32,000 bases of DNA from Cupriavidus necator (GTDB taxonomy: Bacteria; Pseudomonadota; Gammaproteobacteria; Burkholderiales; Burkholderiaceae), in assembly GCF_016127575.1 (NCBI RefSeq), contig NZ_CP066019.1, positions 690,001-722,000 on the forward strand. The letters are read 5' to 3'. The notes under the pieces are model-generated. The model had not been told where the DNA came from, did not search any database, and saw only the letters and a program-made list of their open reading frames with translations. This document shows, piece after piece, positions 8,400 to 17,187 of the stretch; position 1 is the stretch's first letter; each line of letters starts with the position of its first letter. A program made the position numbers and the translations under genes.

Positions 8400-11300
8400 A
8401 TGGCAACCCTGACAGGTAGCAACGGCAGCGACAGCATCAGCGGCACCACGTCCGCCGACACCATCCTGAGCGGCAATGGCAATGACTACGTCAGCGCCGG
8501 CGATGGCAACGACTATGTCGATGCCGGCAACGGCGACGATATCGTCGAAGGCGGCAGCGGCGACGACACGCTGCTGGGCGCCAACGGCAAGGACCGGGTC
8601 TTCGGCGGGCTCGGCAATGACAACTTGTCGGGTGGCAACGGCACCGACGCGGTCTATGGCGGCGGCGGCGATGACGTGATCGGCAGCATCGACGGCTCGT
8701 CGGCGCTTTACACCGGCGACAATGGCGGCGATACGCTGTATGGCGACGGCTATGACAGCTACGCCGACTACCTGCTCGGTGCCGGCCATGAGTCAGCCCG
8801 GCCGGGTAACGACCGCATCTATGGCGGCAACGGCGACGACCTGATCTACGGGGACAACGGCAACAATGCCGCCCTGGGCGGCGACGACATCATTGCCGGT
8901 GGCAACGGCAAGGACACCATCTACGGTGAAGGCGGCAACGACAAGATCGCCGGCGGGGCAGGCGGCGACACCCTGAGCGGCGGCAGCGGCGCCGACGTCT
9001 TTGTCTATAACGCCGTCTCCGACTCCACCGCGGCCGGCATGGATGTGATCACCGACTTCCAGCGCGGCGTGGACCACCTCGACTTGCGGCCCGTGCTGGG
9101 CGACACTGGCTTTGAATGGGGTGGCCGCCAGCCCACGGCCCACGGAGCCTGGTTCCAGCAATCGGGGGGCAATACCTATGTCTACGTGGATGTCGACGGC
9201 AATCCCGCCACGGCGGAAATGGTCATCAAGCTCAACGGCCTGCACGAACTGACCAAGTCGGACTTCGCTGGCTACGACAACCATGCGCCAACGGCAGTGG
9301 CCGATACCCACGCGATCGGCGAGAACAACTCTCCGAACCCGATCACCGGCAATGTGCTGTCGAACGACAGCGACGTCGATGCGGGGAACGTGCTGGCCGT
9401 GGCCAATCCCGGCACTTATGCCGGCCAGTACGGCACGCTGACGCTCCACGCCGACGGCAGCTACAGCTATGAGCTGGACAACGGCAATGGCCAGGTGCAG
9501 GCATTGCGGCAGGGCCAGCAAGTCCAGGACACGTTCAACTATGAGGTGTCCGACGGGCAGGCCAGCGCGGCTTCATCGCTGAGCATCCGGATTACTGGTG
9601 CCAACGATGGAGCCACGATCACGGCCTCGGACAGCGAAGACAAGGCGGTAACCGAGGCTGGCGGCGCAGGCAACACCGACCTCGGCGACGCCTCCGCCAG
9701 CGGCAAGCTGACGGTCACTGACGTCGATACCGGTGAAGCGCACTTTGCCGCAGTGCCGCCGGAGAGTCTGGCAGGACAGTACGGCACCTTCAGCTTCGAC
9801 AGCAACACCGGCGCCTGGAGCTACACGCTCGACAACACCAAGGCCGATGTGCTGATCGCGGGGCAGCAGGTCAGCGATTCGCTGACGGTGTCCTCCGCCG
9901 ACCAGAGCGCGCAGCAGACCATCAAGGTCGACATCACCGGTGCCAACGACCACGCCACCATCTCGGCCTCGGCCAGTGAGGACAAGGCGGTCACCGAAGC
10001 CGGCGGCGCAGGCAACACCGACCTCGGCGACGGCTCCGCCAGCGGCAAGCTGACGGTTACTGACGTCGATGCCGGTGAAGCGCACTTCGCCGCGGTGGCG
10101 CCGGACAGCCTGGTCGGGCAGTACGGCACCTTCGCCTTCGACAGCAACACCGGCGCCTGGACCTATACGCTGGACAACACCAAGGCCGATGCGCTGATCG
10201 CGGGCCAGCAGGTCAGTGATTCGCTGACGGTGTCCTCCGCCGACCAGACGGCGCAGCAGACCATCAAGGTCGACATCACCGGTGCCAACGACCATGCCAC
10301 CATCACGTCCTCGGCCAGCGAGGACAAGGTGGTGACCGAGGCTGGCGGCGCAGGCAATGCTGAAACGGGTGACGCCTCCGCCAGCGGCAAGCTGACGGTC
10401 ACTGACGTCGATACCGGTGAAGCGCACTTTGCCGCAGTGCCGCCGGAGAGTCTGGCAGGACAGTACGGCACCTTCAGCTTCGACAGCAACACCGGCGCCT
10501 GGAGCTATACGCTCGACAACACCAAGGCCGATGTGCTGATCGCGGGCCAGCAGGTCAGCGATTCGCTGACGGTGTCCTCCGCCGACCAGAGCGCGCAGCA
10601 GACCATCAAGGTCGACATCACCGGTGCCAACGACCACGCCACCATCTCGGCCTCGGCCAGTGAGGACAAGGCGGTCACCGAAGCCGGCGGCGCAGGCAAC
10701 ACCGACCTCGGCGACGCCTCCGCCAGCGGCAAGCTGACGGTTACTGACGTCGATGCCGGTGAAGCGCACTTCGCCGCGGTGGCGCCGGACAGCCTGGTCG
10801 GGCAGTACGGCACCTTCACCTTCGACAGCAACACCGGCGCCTGGACCTATACGCTGGACAACACCAAGGCCGATGCGCTGATCGCGGGCCAGCAGGTCAG
10901 TGATTCGCTGACGGTGGCTTCGGCCGACCACACGGCGCAGCAGACCATCACCGTCAACATCACCGGCGCAAACGACTACGCTACGATCACGGCTTCAGCC
11001 AGCGAGGACACCTCGGTGACCGAAGCCGGCGGGGCAGGAAATGCCATTCCCGGCGACCCCTCCGCCCGCGGCACGTTGACAGTCAACGATGTCGATACCG
11101 GCGATGCGCACTTTGCCGCCGTGCCGCCAGCGAGCCTGGTCGGCCAATACGGCGCCTTCACCTTCGATAGCGGCACCGGCGCCTGGACCTACACGCTGGA
11201 CAACAGCAAGGCGCAGTCCCTCGCCGCGGGCCAGCATGTGACCGACTCGCTGTCCGTACAGTCGGCCGATCTCAGTGCCACCCAGGCGATCACCGTCAAC

Positions 11301-13058
11301 ATCACAGGTGCCAACGATGCTGCGGTGAATGCCGTTCCCCTTGCGCAGGTGGTCAACGAAGATACGCCATTGGTGTTCCGTACGGCCAACGGCAATGCAC
11401 TCAGCATCTCTGACGTGGACAACGCGAGCCACACCGTGACGCTGAGCGCAAGCCACGGCGCGATCACGCTGAATGGCGTTGCCGGGCTGCAGTTCCTGTC
11501 GGGCGACGGCACCGCGGACAGCACCATGACATTCACGGGCAGCGATGCGGCAATCAATGCTGCGCTGAATGGAATGAGCTTCCTTGGCGAGAAGGATTAT
11601 GCGGGCGCCGCGTCGGTGCAGATCCAGACCAGCGATGGCGCTTTGGTCGATACCGATACGGTGGCGATTACGGTCAATCCCGTCAATGACGCGCCGGTGG
11701 CAGCCGAGGACGTTGTCTATGTTTCGACTAACACCGACAACATCCTGATTCCGGTGAGCGCGCTGCTCGGCAACGACGTCGATATCGACGGGCGGGCCTT
11801 GTCCATAAACCCGCTCAGTCTGACCTCAAGCACGCTTTCCGGCCTGAGGCTTGTCACCGAAAGCAATTACAGCTTCGTCGCGTTCGACAGTCCCAACAGC
11901 AAGGGGGTGGCAACCTTCAGCTATACCGTCGAAGACGGGGCAGGTGGCAGCAGCACGGCGACGGTGACCGTCAATGTCGTGGACAAAAACGGCTTTTCGC
12001 TTGATCAGGCCAGCTACCAGGCTTCCTATCTGGAGGGTGGCAGCAATCCCGACAGCATGACTGGTGCCGTTGCGGGTGACATCTTCATTGGCGGACGTGG
12101 TACCGACATCCTCAACGGCGGGAACGGCGACGACGTCTTGAGAGGGGGCGCCGACAACGACACCCTCAACGGCGGGATCGGCGACGACGTCTTGAGAGGT
12201 GGCGCCGACAACGACACCATCGACGGGGGGGTGGGCATAGATATGCTGGATTTCTCCGATGCCACCGGCGCGGTCTCCTTCACGTTGATCCAAAGTAGCA
12301 CCCTCGTCAAGGTGCTTGTGGGCGCGACGCCCGGACTAGGTACCGACAGCTACGCGAACATGGAGGGCGTGATCGGCTCGGCGTTTGTCGACACGCTGAC
12401 CGGCAGCTCCGCCAACGACGTCATTCGCGGTGGCGCGGGCGATGACACCATCAACGGCGGCGACGGCATCGACCTGCTTGATTTCTCCGATGCCACCGGC
12501 GGGGTTGTGTTCACGCTGACGCAGAGCGGCAGCCCCACCACGGCAGGCCCGGGCGTGACTGGCCTCGGTGCCGACAGCTACAGCAACATGGAAGGCGTCA
12601 TCGGCTCCGCCTTCAACGACAACCTCACCGGCTCTGCCGGCAACGACGTGCTGCGTGGCGGCGCGGGCAACGACGTGTTGGTCGGAGGCGCCGGCAACGA
12701 CGTGTTGACCGGCGGCGCCGGCGCCGACACACTGACCGGCGGCAATGGCAGCGACACCTTTCGCTTTCTGCGCGCGGACCCCGCTTCGGTCGACACCATC
12801 ACCGACTTCGGTGCGGCTCCCGTGGCTTCCGGTGGCGATGTGCTGGATCTTTCCGATCTGCTTTCCGGTGTTGGCGTGAACCCTGCCAACGCGGCGCAGT
12901 TCGTCCGCCTTTCGGAGGTGGGTGGCAACACCGTGGTCAGCCTGGATCGTGACGGCAGTGGCACGGCGGCTGCATTCCAGGACGTGGCGGTGCTGCAGGG
13001 CGTGGTCGGGCTCGATCTCAACACGCTGTTGAGCAACGGCAATCTCCACACCGCCTGA
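8400..13058 (+). CDS. Large cysteine-free RTX / cadherin(VCBS)-like repeat protein, putative T1SS-secreted adhesin (1552 aa)
   Basis: ATG 8400 follows AGGACGGAGAG; the ORF-track start at 8337 lacks an RBS. GGxGxD nonapeptide repeats occur at both ends. Central 114-aa repeats carry ITGANDxAT and TVTDVD motifs, and VNDAPVA-type cadherin-like domains are present. The C-terminus DTITDF...GGDVLDLSDLL...NTVVSLDRDGSG...LNTLLSNGNL resembles the VC_A0849-subclass T1SS C-terminal target domain. I see no Cys residue. Confidence 0.9.
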   Translation: MATLTGSNGSDSISGTTSADTILSGNGNDYVSAGDGNDYVDAGNGDDIVEGGSGDDTLLGANGKDRVFGGLGNDNLSGGNGTDAVYGGGGDDVIGSIDGSSALYTGDNGGDTLYGDGYDSYADYLLGAGHESARPGNDRIYGGNGDDLIYGDNGNNAALGGDDIIAGGNGKDTIYGEGGNDKIAGGAGGDTLSGGSGADVFVYNAVSDSTAAGMDVITDFQRGVDHLDLRPVLGDTGFEWGGRQPTAHGAWFQQSGGNTYVYVDVDGNPATAEMVIKLNGLHELTKSDFAGYDNHAPTAVADTHAIGENNSPNPITGNVLSNDSDVDAGNVLAVANPGTYAGQYGTLTLHADGSYSYELDNGNGQVQALRQGQQVQDTFNYEVSDGQASAASSLSIRITGANDGATITASDSEDKAVTEAGGAGNTDLGDASASGKLTVTDVDTGEAHFAAVPPESLAGQYGTFSFDSNTGAWSYTLDNTKADVLIAGQQVSDSLTVSSADQSAQQTIKVDITGANDHATISASASEDKAVTEAGGAGNTDLGDGSASGKLTVTDVDAGEAHFAAVAPDSLVGQYGTFAFDSNTGAWTYTLDNTKADALIAGQQVSDSLTVSSADQTAQQTIKVDITGANDHATITSSASEDKVVTEAGGAGNAETGDASASGKLTVTDVDTGEAHFAAVPPESLAGQYGTFSFDSNTGAWSYTLDNTKADVLIAGQQVSDSLTVSSADQSAQQTIKVDITGANDHATISASASEDKAVTEAGGAGNTDLGDASASGKLTVTDVDAGEAHFAAVAPDSLVGQYGTFTFDSNTGAWTYTLDNTKADALIAGQQVSDSLTVASADHTAQQTITVNITGANDYATITASASEDTSVTEAGGAGNAIPGDPSARGTLTVNDVDTGDAHFAAVPPASLVGQYGAFTFDSGTGAWTYTLDNSKAQSLAAGQHVTDSLSVQSADLSATQAITVNITGANDAAVNAVPLAQVVNEDTPLVFRTANGNALSISDVDNASHTVTLSASHGAITLNGVAGLQFLSGDGTADSTMTFTGSDAAINAALNGMSFLGEKDYAGAASVQIQTSDGALVDTDTVAITVNPVNDAPVAAEDVVYVSTNTDNILIPVSALLGNDVDIDGRALSINPLSLTSSTLSGLRLVTESNYSFVAFDSPNSKGVATFSYTVEDGAGGSSTATVTVNVVDKNGFSLDQASYQASYLEGGSNPDSMTGAVAGDIFIGGRGTDILNGGNGDDVLRGGADNDTLNGGIGDDVLRGGADNDTIDGGVGIDMLDFSDATGAVSFTLIQSSTLVKVLVGATPGLGTDSYANMEGVIGSAFVDTLTGSSANDVIRGGAGDDTINGGDGIDLLDFSDATGGVVFTLTQSGSPTTAGPGVTGLGADSYSNMEGVIGSAFNDNLTGSAGNDVLRGGAGNDVLVGGAGNDVLTGGAGADTLTGGNGSDTFRFLRADPASVDTITDFGAAPVASGGDVLDLSDLLSGVGVNPANAAQFVRLSEVGGNTVVSLDRDGSGTAAAFQDVAVLQGVVGLDLNTLLSNGNLHTA
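9591..11300 (+). repeat. Five in-phase 342-bp (114-codon) tandem repeats inside the adhesin gene
   Basis: Unit boundaries at the ATC-ACC/ACT-GGT (ITG) codons are 9591, 9933, 10275, 10617, 10959 and 11301, exactly 342 bp apart. Units 1/3 and 2/4 are nearly identical. Confidence 0.95.
12126..12233 (+). repeat. Two tandem 54-bp copies encoding GDDVLRGGADNDT(L/I)(N/D)GG(I/V) RTX turns
   Basis: 12126-12179 and 12180-12233 align base for base with a handful of differences. Confidence 0.8.
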
Positions 13059-13224
13059 GGCGGGCGATCGGTGGCGGATTCAGAGAGGGAAATGCAGGGC
13101 GGCAGTAAAGCCGGAATCCGGCGCAGTTGAAAACCATAATAAACGGGTGGCGCACCGCTTCCCGTATCGCGCAGGCGCCGGCCAGCGCGATGCGCGGCAG
13201 CGGGTGCGCCCGAGCGGGGGAAGC

Positions 13225-14577
13225 ATGACAACGACATGGTGCCGGCTGGCACATGTACTGCTATGGGCCGCCATGGTGGTGCCGCATCACGCGGCAGCCC
13301 AGGTGCTGCGCCAGGCAGTCGAGCAAGCCGTGCATACCAATCCCGAAGTGCTGGCGGCGGGCAGCCGCCGGCTGGCCGCGGACGAGGGGCTGACGCAGGC
13401 GCGCGCCGGTTACCTGCCGCGGGTCGATGTCAATGCCGCCACCGGTCGCGTACGCCTGGACAGCCACAGCACCCGGCTGATGGGCCTGTCCGACTCTTCC
13501 TATGCCAGCCACGCCGCCGGCGTGACGATCTCGCAGATGCTGTTCGACGGCTTTGCCACCAGCAGCGATGTGGAGCGCCAGGGCGCACGGATCGACGGCG
13601 CGGCCTATCGGGTCGGCGCGACTGCCGAAGACATCGCGCTGCGCACGGTCGGCGTTTATGTGGAGGTCCTGCGGCGTCAGGAAACCGTGGCCATCGGCCT
13701 GGCCAATCTGGAAGCGCACCAGCACATCTATGACCAGATCCGGCTTGGCGCCGACAACGGGGTGCTGCGCCGCGCCGATCTCTATCAGGTCGAAAGCCGC
13801 CTGGCGCTGGCCAAGGCCAGCCTGCGGGCGGAGCAGGGCAGCTTGCAGGACGCCATGACAGCCTATTTACGCGTGGTCGGCGCGCCGCCGGAGGTCTTGT
13901 CCAGGCCGGACTCGCTGTCGACGCTGCTGCCTGCCACCGAACGGGAGGCGCAGCAGGTGGCAAACGCCAATCACCCCGCGCTGGGTGCCGGGCAGGCCGA
14001 TATCGCCGAAGCCCAGGCCGGGCGTTCGCTGGCCAAGGCCGCGTTGTGGCCAAGGCTGGATCTCGAGGTCGGCGTGGCGCGCGACCGCGACCGCGTGCTC
14101 GGCACCACCGACGAGCGCAGCGTGATGCTGCGCGTGCGCTACAACCTGTTTCGCGGCAACGCCGACAAGGCGCGCATCAACGAGGCCGGCTACCAGGTCC
14201 AGGAAGCAGAGCAGAATCTGGACCGTCTGCGCAGACAGGTGCAGGAGGCCGTATCGCAGGCCTATAACGCCCACCTGACGGCGAAGGACCGTCTGGTGAG
14301 CCTCAAGCAATACGTGGAGGCCAGCGATGCCACGCGCGTCAGCTACGGCAAGCAATTCCGGATTGGGCAGCGCAGCCTGCTTGACCTGCTGAATGCCGAG
14401 AACGAGTACTTCAGCGCCAGCACGGCCTACGTGACCGGCAAGTACAACGAACTGGCCAGCCAGTACCGCATCCTTGCCGGCATGGGCTTGCTATTGGCGA
14501 CCCTGCAGGTGCCGCCGCCCCAGACGGGGATGGTGCAGGTAGGGCAGCGGGCAGCGCCGCCGGTGGGACAGAGGTAG
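13225..14577 (+). CDS. TolC family type I secretion outer membrane protein (450 aa)
   Basis: ATG 13225 follows GGGGGAAG. Signal peptide MTTTWCRLAHVLLWAAMVVPHHAAA-QV. There are two OEP repeats (LRQAVEQAVHTNPEVLAA...; ...SLLDLLNAENEYFSASTAYV). It lies immediately downstream of the T1SS substrate. Confidence 0.9.
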   Translation: MTTTWCRLAHVLLWAAMVVPHHAAAQVLRQAVEQAVHTNPEVLAAGSRRLAADEGLTQARAGYLPRVDVNAATGRVRLDSHSTRLMGLSDSSYASHAAGVTISQMLFDGFATSSDVERQGARIDGAAYRVGATAEDIALRTVGVYVEVLRRQETVAIGLANLEAHQHIYDQIRLGADNGVLRRADLYQVESRLALAKASLRAEQGSLQDAMTAYLRVVGAPPEVLSRPDSLSTLLPATEREAQQVANANHPALGAGQADIAEAQAGRSLAKAALWPRLDLEVGVARDRDRVLGTTDERSVMLRVRYNLFRGNADKARINEAGYQVQEAEQNLDRLRRQVQEAVSQAYNAHLTAKDRLVSLKQYVEASDATRVSYGKQFRIGQRSLLDLLNAENEYFSASTAYVTGKYNELASQYRILAGMGLLLATLQVPPPQTGMVQVGQRAAPPVGQR

Positions 14578-14651
14578 CGGGGGGACGGTGCCGGGCAAGC
14601 CGGCAGCCATGCTTCAGCCGCCGGCCACCGGAGATCCTGACCCGGCCCGCA

Positions 14652-15824
14652 TCAGCGCGGCAAAGCCTCTCCCCGCAATCCCCGCATCCGATACTCTCCC
14701 GGCGCCACGCCCGTCCATTTCTTGAAGGCCCGGTGGAACGTGCTCGGTTCTGAGAAGCCAAGCCGCAGCGCCACGTCCTGCAGCGTCATGCCGGGGCGCT
14801 CCATCATGCCGATGGCCACGTCACGGCGCAGGCTGTCCTTGATGCTCTGGTAGCCGCTGCCCTCGTCGCGCAGCCGGCGGCGCAGGGTCTGGGGCGTGAG
14901 CCGCAGCATCTGCGCCATCTGCTCCAGCGACGGCAGTTCGTCATCCAGGTGGGAGCGCAAGTGCTGCCGGATGCGCTCGGCAAGGCAGCTGTTGTCGCGG
15001 TAGCGGATCAGCAGGTTGCGCGGCGTCTCGCGCAGGAACTCGCGCAGGCTGGCGGCGTCCTGCATCACCGGCAGGCGCAGGCTGGCGCCATCGAAATGCA
15101 GCACGGAGACAGGCTGGCCGTAATGCACGGCGGCCTTGAAGACGCGCTCGGTCTCGGGGCCGCCCTGCGACGGCGCCGCGCTCAGGTCGACCCGCGCCAG
15201 CGGGATATGGCCGGCCACCAGCCAGCTGAGCAGCGCGTAGGCATGGAACACGAAAGTCGATTCGGCAAAGCTGCGGCAGGCCGAGGCCGGCGCACGCGGA
15301 TGCAGCACCACGGAGGCGGCCTTGCCGTCGGCGCTGACATGCAGGCGTGGCGCGAAGGCGTCGATATGGAGCCGGTACAGCCGCAAGCCGGCTCGGATGG
15401 CGTCTTCCAGCGTGGCGCAATGGATCAGGTTGCGGCACGCCTGCGCAAACACGCCCGGGGTCACGGGCCGGTCCAGCAGCCCCCATAGTTCATCGCGCAT
15501 GACGCGGCGCAGCGTGCGGATCAGCGCCGCGTACTGGCCCTGGGTGACGCGCGCATTGGGCGAGGCCAGCAGCGCCGGCGAAATCCCGGCCCGGCGCAGC
15601 AGCGCGGCAATGTCGTGGCCCAGTCGGCGCGGGCCCAGCAGGATGTGATCCACATGCTGGATCGCAATGGTGTGGCGCGCCGAGGCCTGCGGCGCCGTGC
15701 CGGCCGGGGCCTCGGTGCGGCCCGGGACACGGCCGTGCCCGGGCGCCGGCGGCAGTGCGCTGCCGGCGAGGTGCAGCTTGCCTGGCACGGGCGGGCGCGG
15801 CGATGACAGGACAGCGGTATGCAT
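14652..15824 (-). CDS. AraC family transcriptional regulator (390 aa)
   Basis: ATG at 15824 follows GAGGAGACCC on the minus strand. The C-terminal double HTH (LPSLEQMAQMLRLTPQTLRRRLRDEGSGYQSIKDSLRRDVAIGMM...LQDVALRLGFSEPSTFHRAFKKWTGVAPGEYR) is a canonical AraC/XylS domain. The 690-aa ORF in the track is an upstream read-through. Confidence 0.85.
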   Translation of the reverse strand: MHTAVLSSPRPPVPGKLHLAGSALPPAPGHGRVPGRTEAPAGTAPQASARHTIAIQHVDHILLGPRRLGHDIAALLRRAGISPALLASPNARVTQGQYAALIRTLRRVMRDELWGLLDRPVTPGVFAQACRNLIHCATLEDAIRAGLRLYRLHIDAFAPRLHVSADGKAASVVLHPRAPASACRSFAESTFVFHAYALLSWLVAGHIPLARVDLSAAPSQGGPETERVFKAAVHYGQPVSVLHFDGASLRLPVMQDAASLREFLRETPRNLLIRYRDNSCLAERIRQHLRSHLDDELPSLEQMAQMLRLTPQTLRRRLRDEGSGYQSIKDSLRRDVAIGMMERPGMTLQDVALRLGFSEPSTFHRAFKKWTGVAPGEYRMRGLRGEALPR

Positions 15825-16145
15825 GGGTCTCCTCATCACGGTGGCGCGTCGGCGCCGGCACCGCGGAACGGCTGGCTCCGCGGGCGTTCCAGGACGTTTC
15901 GCCACATCGTCCCGGCACCTTAGCAAGCCGCGGCCGCGCCGCACAATCGGGATTTGCCAAAGGCTGCCTTCCATCTGAGCGATTCGGCCAATCATTTTGG
16001 CTTGTCTGGTCATTGTCCACGCACCGCAGCATCGCGCACTCTCCGGCTGATACCGATACAAGGCCGGCGCACCGGCCCGGACGGGACCAGAAACGGAGCA
16101 ACCACCCGTTCCCCGCCTCAGGAAAAACAATGGAGACAACAACAC

Positions 16146-17153
16146 ATGCAGGCAGATCGTCGTAGTGCGCTGTGGCGCTTTGGGGCCGGATTGCTGGCGT
16201 GGAGCGGCGTTGCCGCCGGGATGCTGGGGGCGGGCGCCGCGCTCGCGCAGAGCGAATTCCCGGCGCGCACCGTGCGCATGGTCGTGCCCTTCCCGGCAGG
16301 TGGCGCCACCGATGTGCTGGCCCGCGCCATTGCCGAAGGGCTGGGCAAGGCCTGGAAGCGCCCGGTGGTGGTGGAAAACCGCCCGGGTGCGAGCGGCATG
16401 CTCGGCGCCGAGGTGGTCGCCCGTGCCGAGGCCGACGGCTACACCGCGCTGCTGACGATCACGCCGCTGGTGCAGGCGCCAAGCCTGTATGCCCGGGCGC
16501 CCTATGACCCGGTGAAGGATTTCGCCGCGGTGTCCGAGCTCGGCACGACCAACCTGGTGTTCGCCGTCAACAGCAATGCGGTGCCTGCCACCAACCTGAA
16601 AGACTTCATCGCGCAGGTTCGCGCCAAGCCGAAGCAGTTCTCCTACGGCTCGTTCGGGGCCGGCTCGAGCGGCCACCTGTACGGCGAGGTCTTCAACGAG
16701 GCCGCCAAGATCGACATGCTCCATGTCTCATACAAGGGCGAGGCTCCGGAGCTGAACGACCTGCTGGGCGGCCAGGTGCCGGCGGCGGTGATCTCGGTGA
16801 TGGGCGCCAAGCCCCACGTCGCCACCGGCCGCCTGCGCGCCCTCGCGGTGACTGGCCCCGCGCGCGCGCCGCAACTGCCGGATGTGCCGACTTTCCGCGA
16901 AGCCGGCATTGAAGGCATGGATGCGATGGGCTGGTTCGGGCTGCTGCTGCCGGCCGCCACGCCGCGGCCGATCGTTGAGAAGTTCTCGGCGGACGTCAAC
17001 CGCGTGCTGGCCCAGCCCGACGTGCGCAAGCGCATGAACGAGCTTGGCGTGATCCTGACCGGCAGCACGCCGGACGCGTTTGCCCAGACCATCCAGGCCG
17101 ACTATGTCCGCTGGGGCAAGGTGATCCGCACCAGGAACATCCGCCTGGATTAA
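16146..17153 (+). CDS. Bug family (TctC-like) tripartite tricarboxylate transporter substrate-binding protein (335 aa)
   Basis: ATG 16146 follows GGAGA. It has an RR-containing signal peptide (MQADRRSALWRFGAGLL...ALA-QS), the family motif RMVVPFPAGGATDVLAR...NRPGASG, and a C-terminal W.KVI. Confidence 0.9.
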   Translation: MQADRRSALWRFGAGLLAWSGVAAGMLGAGAALAQSEFPARTVRMVVPFPAGGATDVLARAIAEGLGKAWKRPVVVENRPGASGMLGAEVVARAEADGYTALLTITPLVQAPSLYARAPYDPVKDFAAVSELGTTNLVFAVNSNAVPATNLKDFIAQVRAKPKQFSYGSFGAGSSGHLYGEVFNEAAKIDMLHVSYKGEAPELNDLLGGQVPAAVISVMGAKPHVATGRLRALAVTGPARAPQLPDVPTFREAGIEGMDAMGWFGLLLPAATPRPIVEKFSADVNRVLAQPDVRKRMNELGVILTGSTPDAFAQTIQADYVRWGKVIRTRNIRLD

Positions 17154-17187
17154 GCCATTCCCGTTTGACCTGCATCGATTGCTGCAT

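Noticed and set aside
9539-10834. Periodic 89-109-aa minus-strand ORFs (MLLSK.KVPYCP..) repeating every 342 bp
   Set aside because: They are a mirror image of the in-frame tandem repeats of the adhesin gene, not independent genes.
9591-11300. Regularly spaced repeats considered as a possible CRISPR array
   Set aside because: The units are 342 bp and contiguous, with no unique spacers. They are in frame within a long CDS and encode a protein domain. No cas genes are present.
13059-13224. Possible terminator GCCGG-aat-CCGGC (about 13110-13122) and AT-rich stretch between the adhesin and TolC genes
   Set aside because: The stem is only 5 bp with a 3-nt loop and no U tract, which is too weak to call. 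The AT-rich patch may be a TolC promoter, but I cannot define -35/-10 elements.
4761-14577. T1SS/adhesin block as a horizontally acquired island or mobile element
   Set aside because: There is no integrase, transposase, tRNA, flanking direct repeat or obvious GC shift in the coding parts. Only comparative genomics could show whether it is accessory.
14652-16724. 690-aa minus-strand ORF spanning the AraC gene, the intergenic region and the 5' half of the Bug gene
   Set aside because: Only the C-terminal 390 aa look like a protein (AraC), and there is a good RBS and ATG at 15824. The upstream 300 aa are Arg/Ala/Gly/Pro-rich, typical of a high-GC read-through. They overlap a well-supported plus-strand Bug gene and its promoter region.
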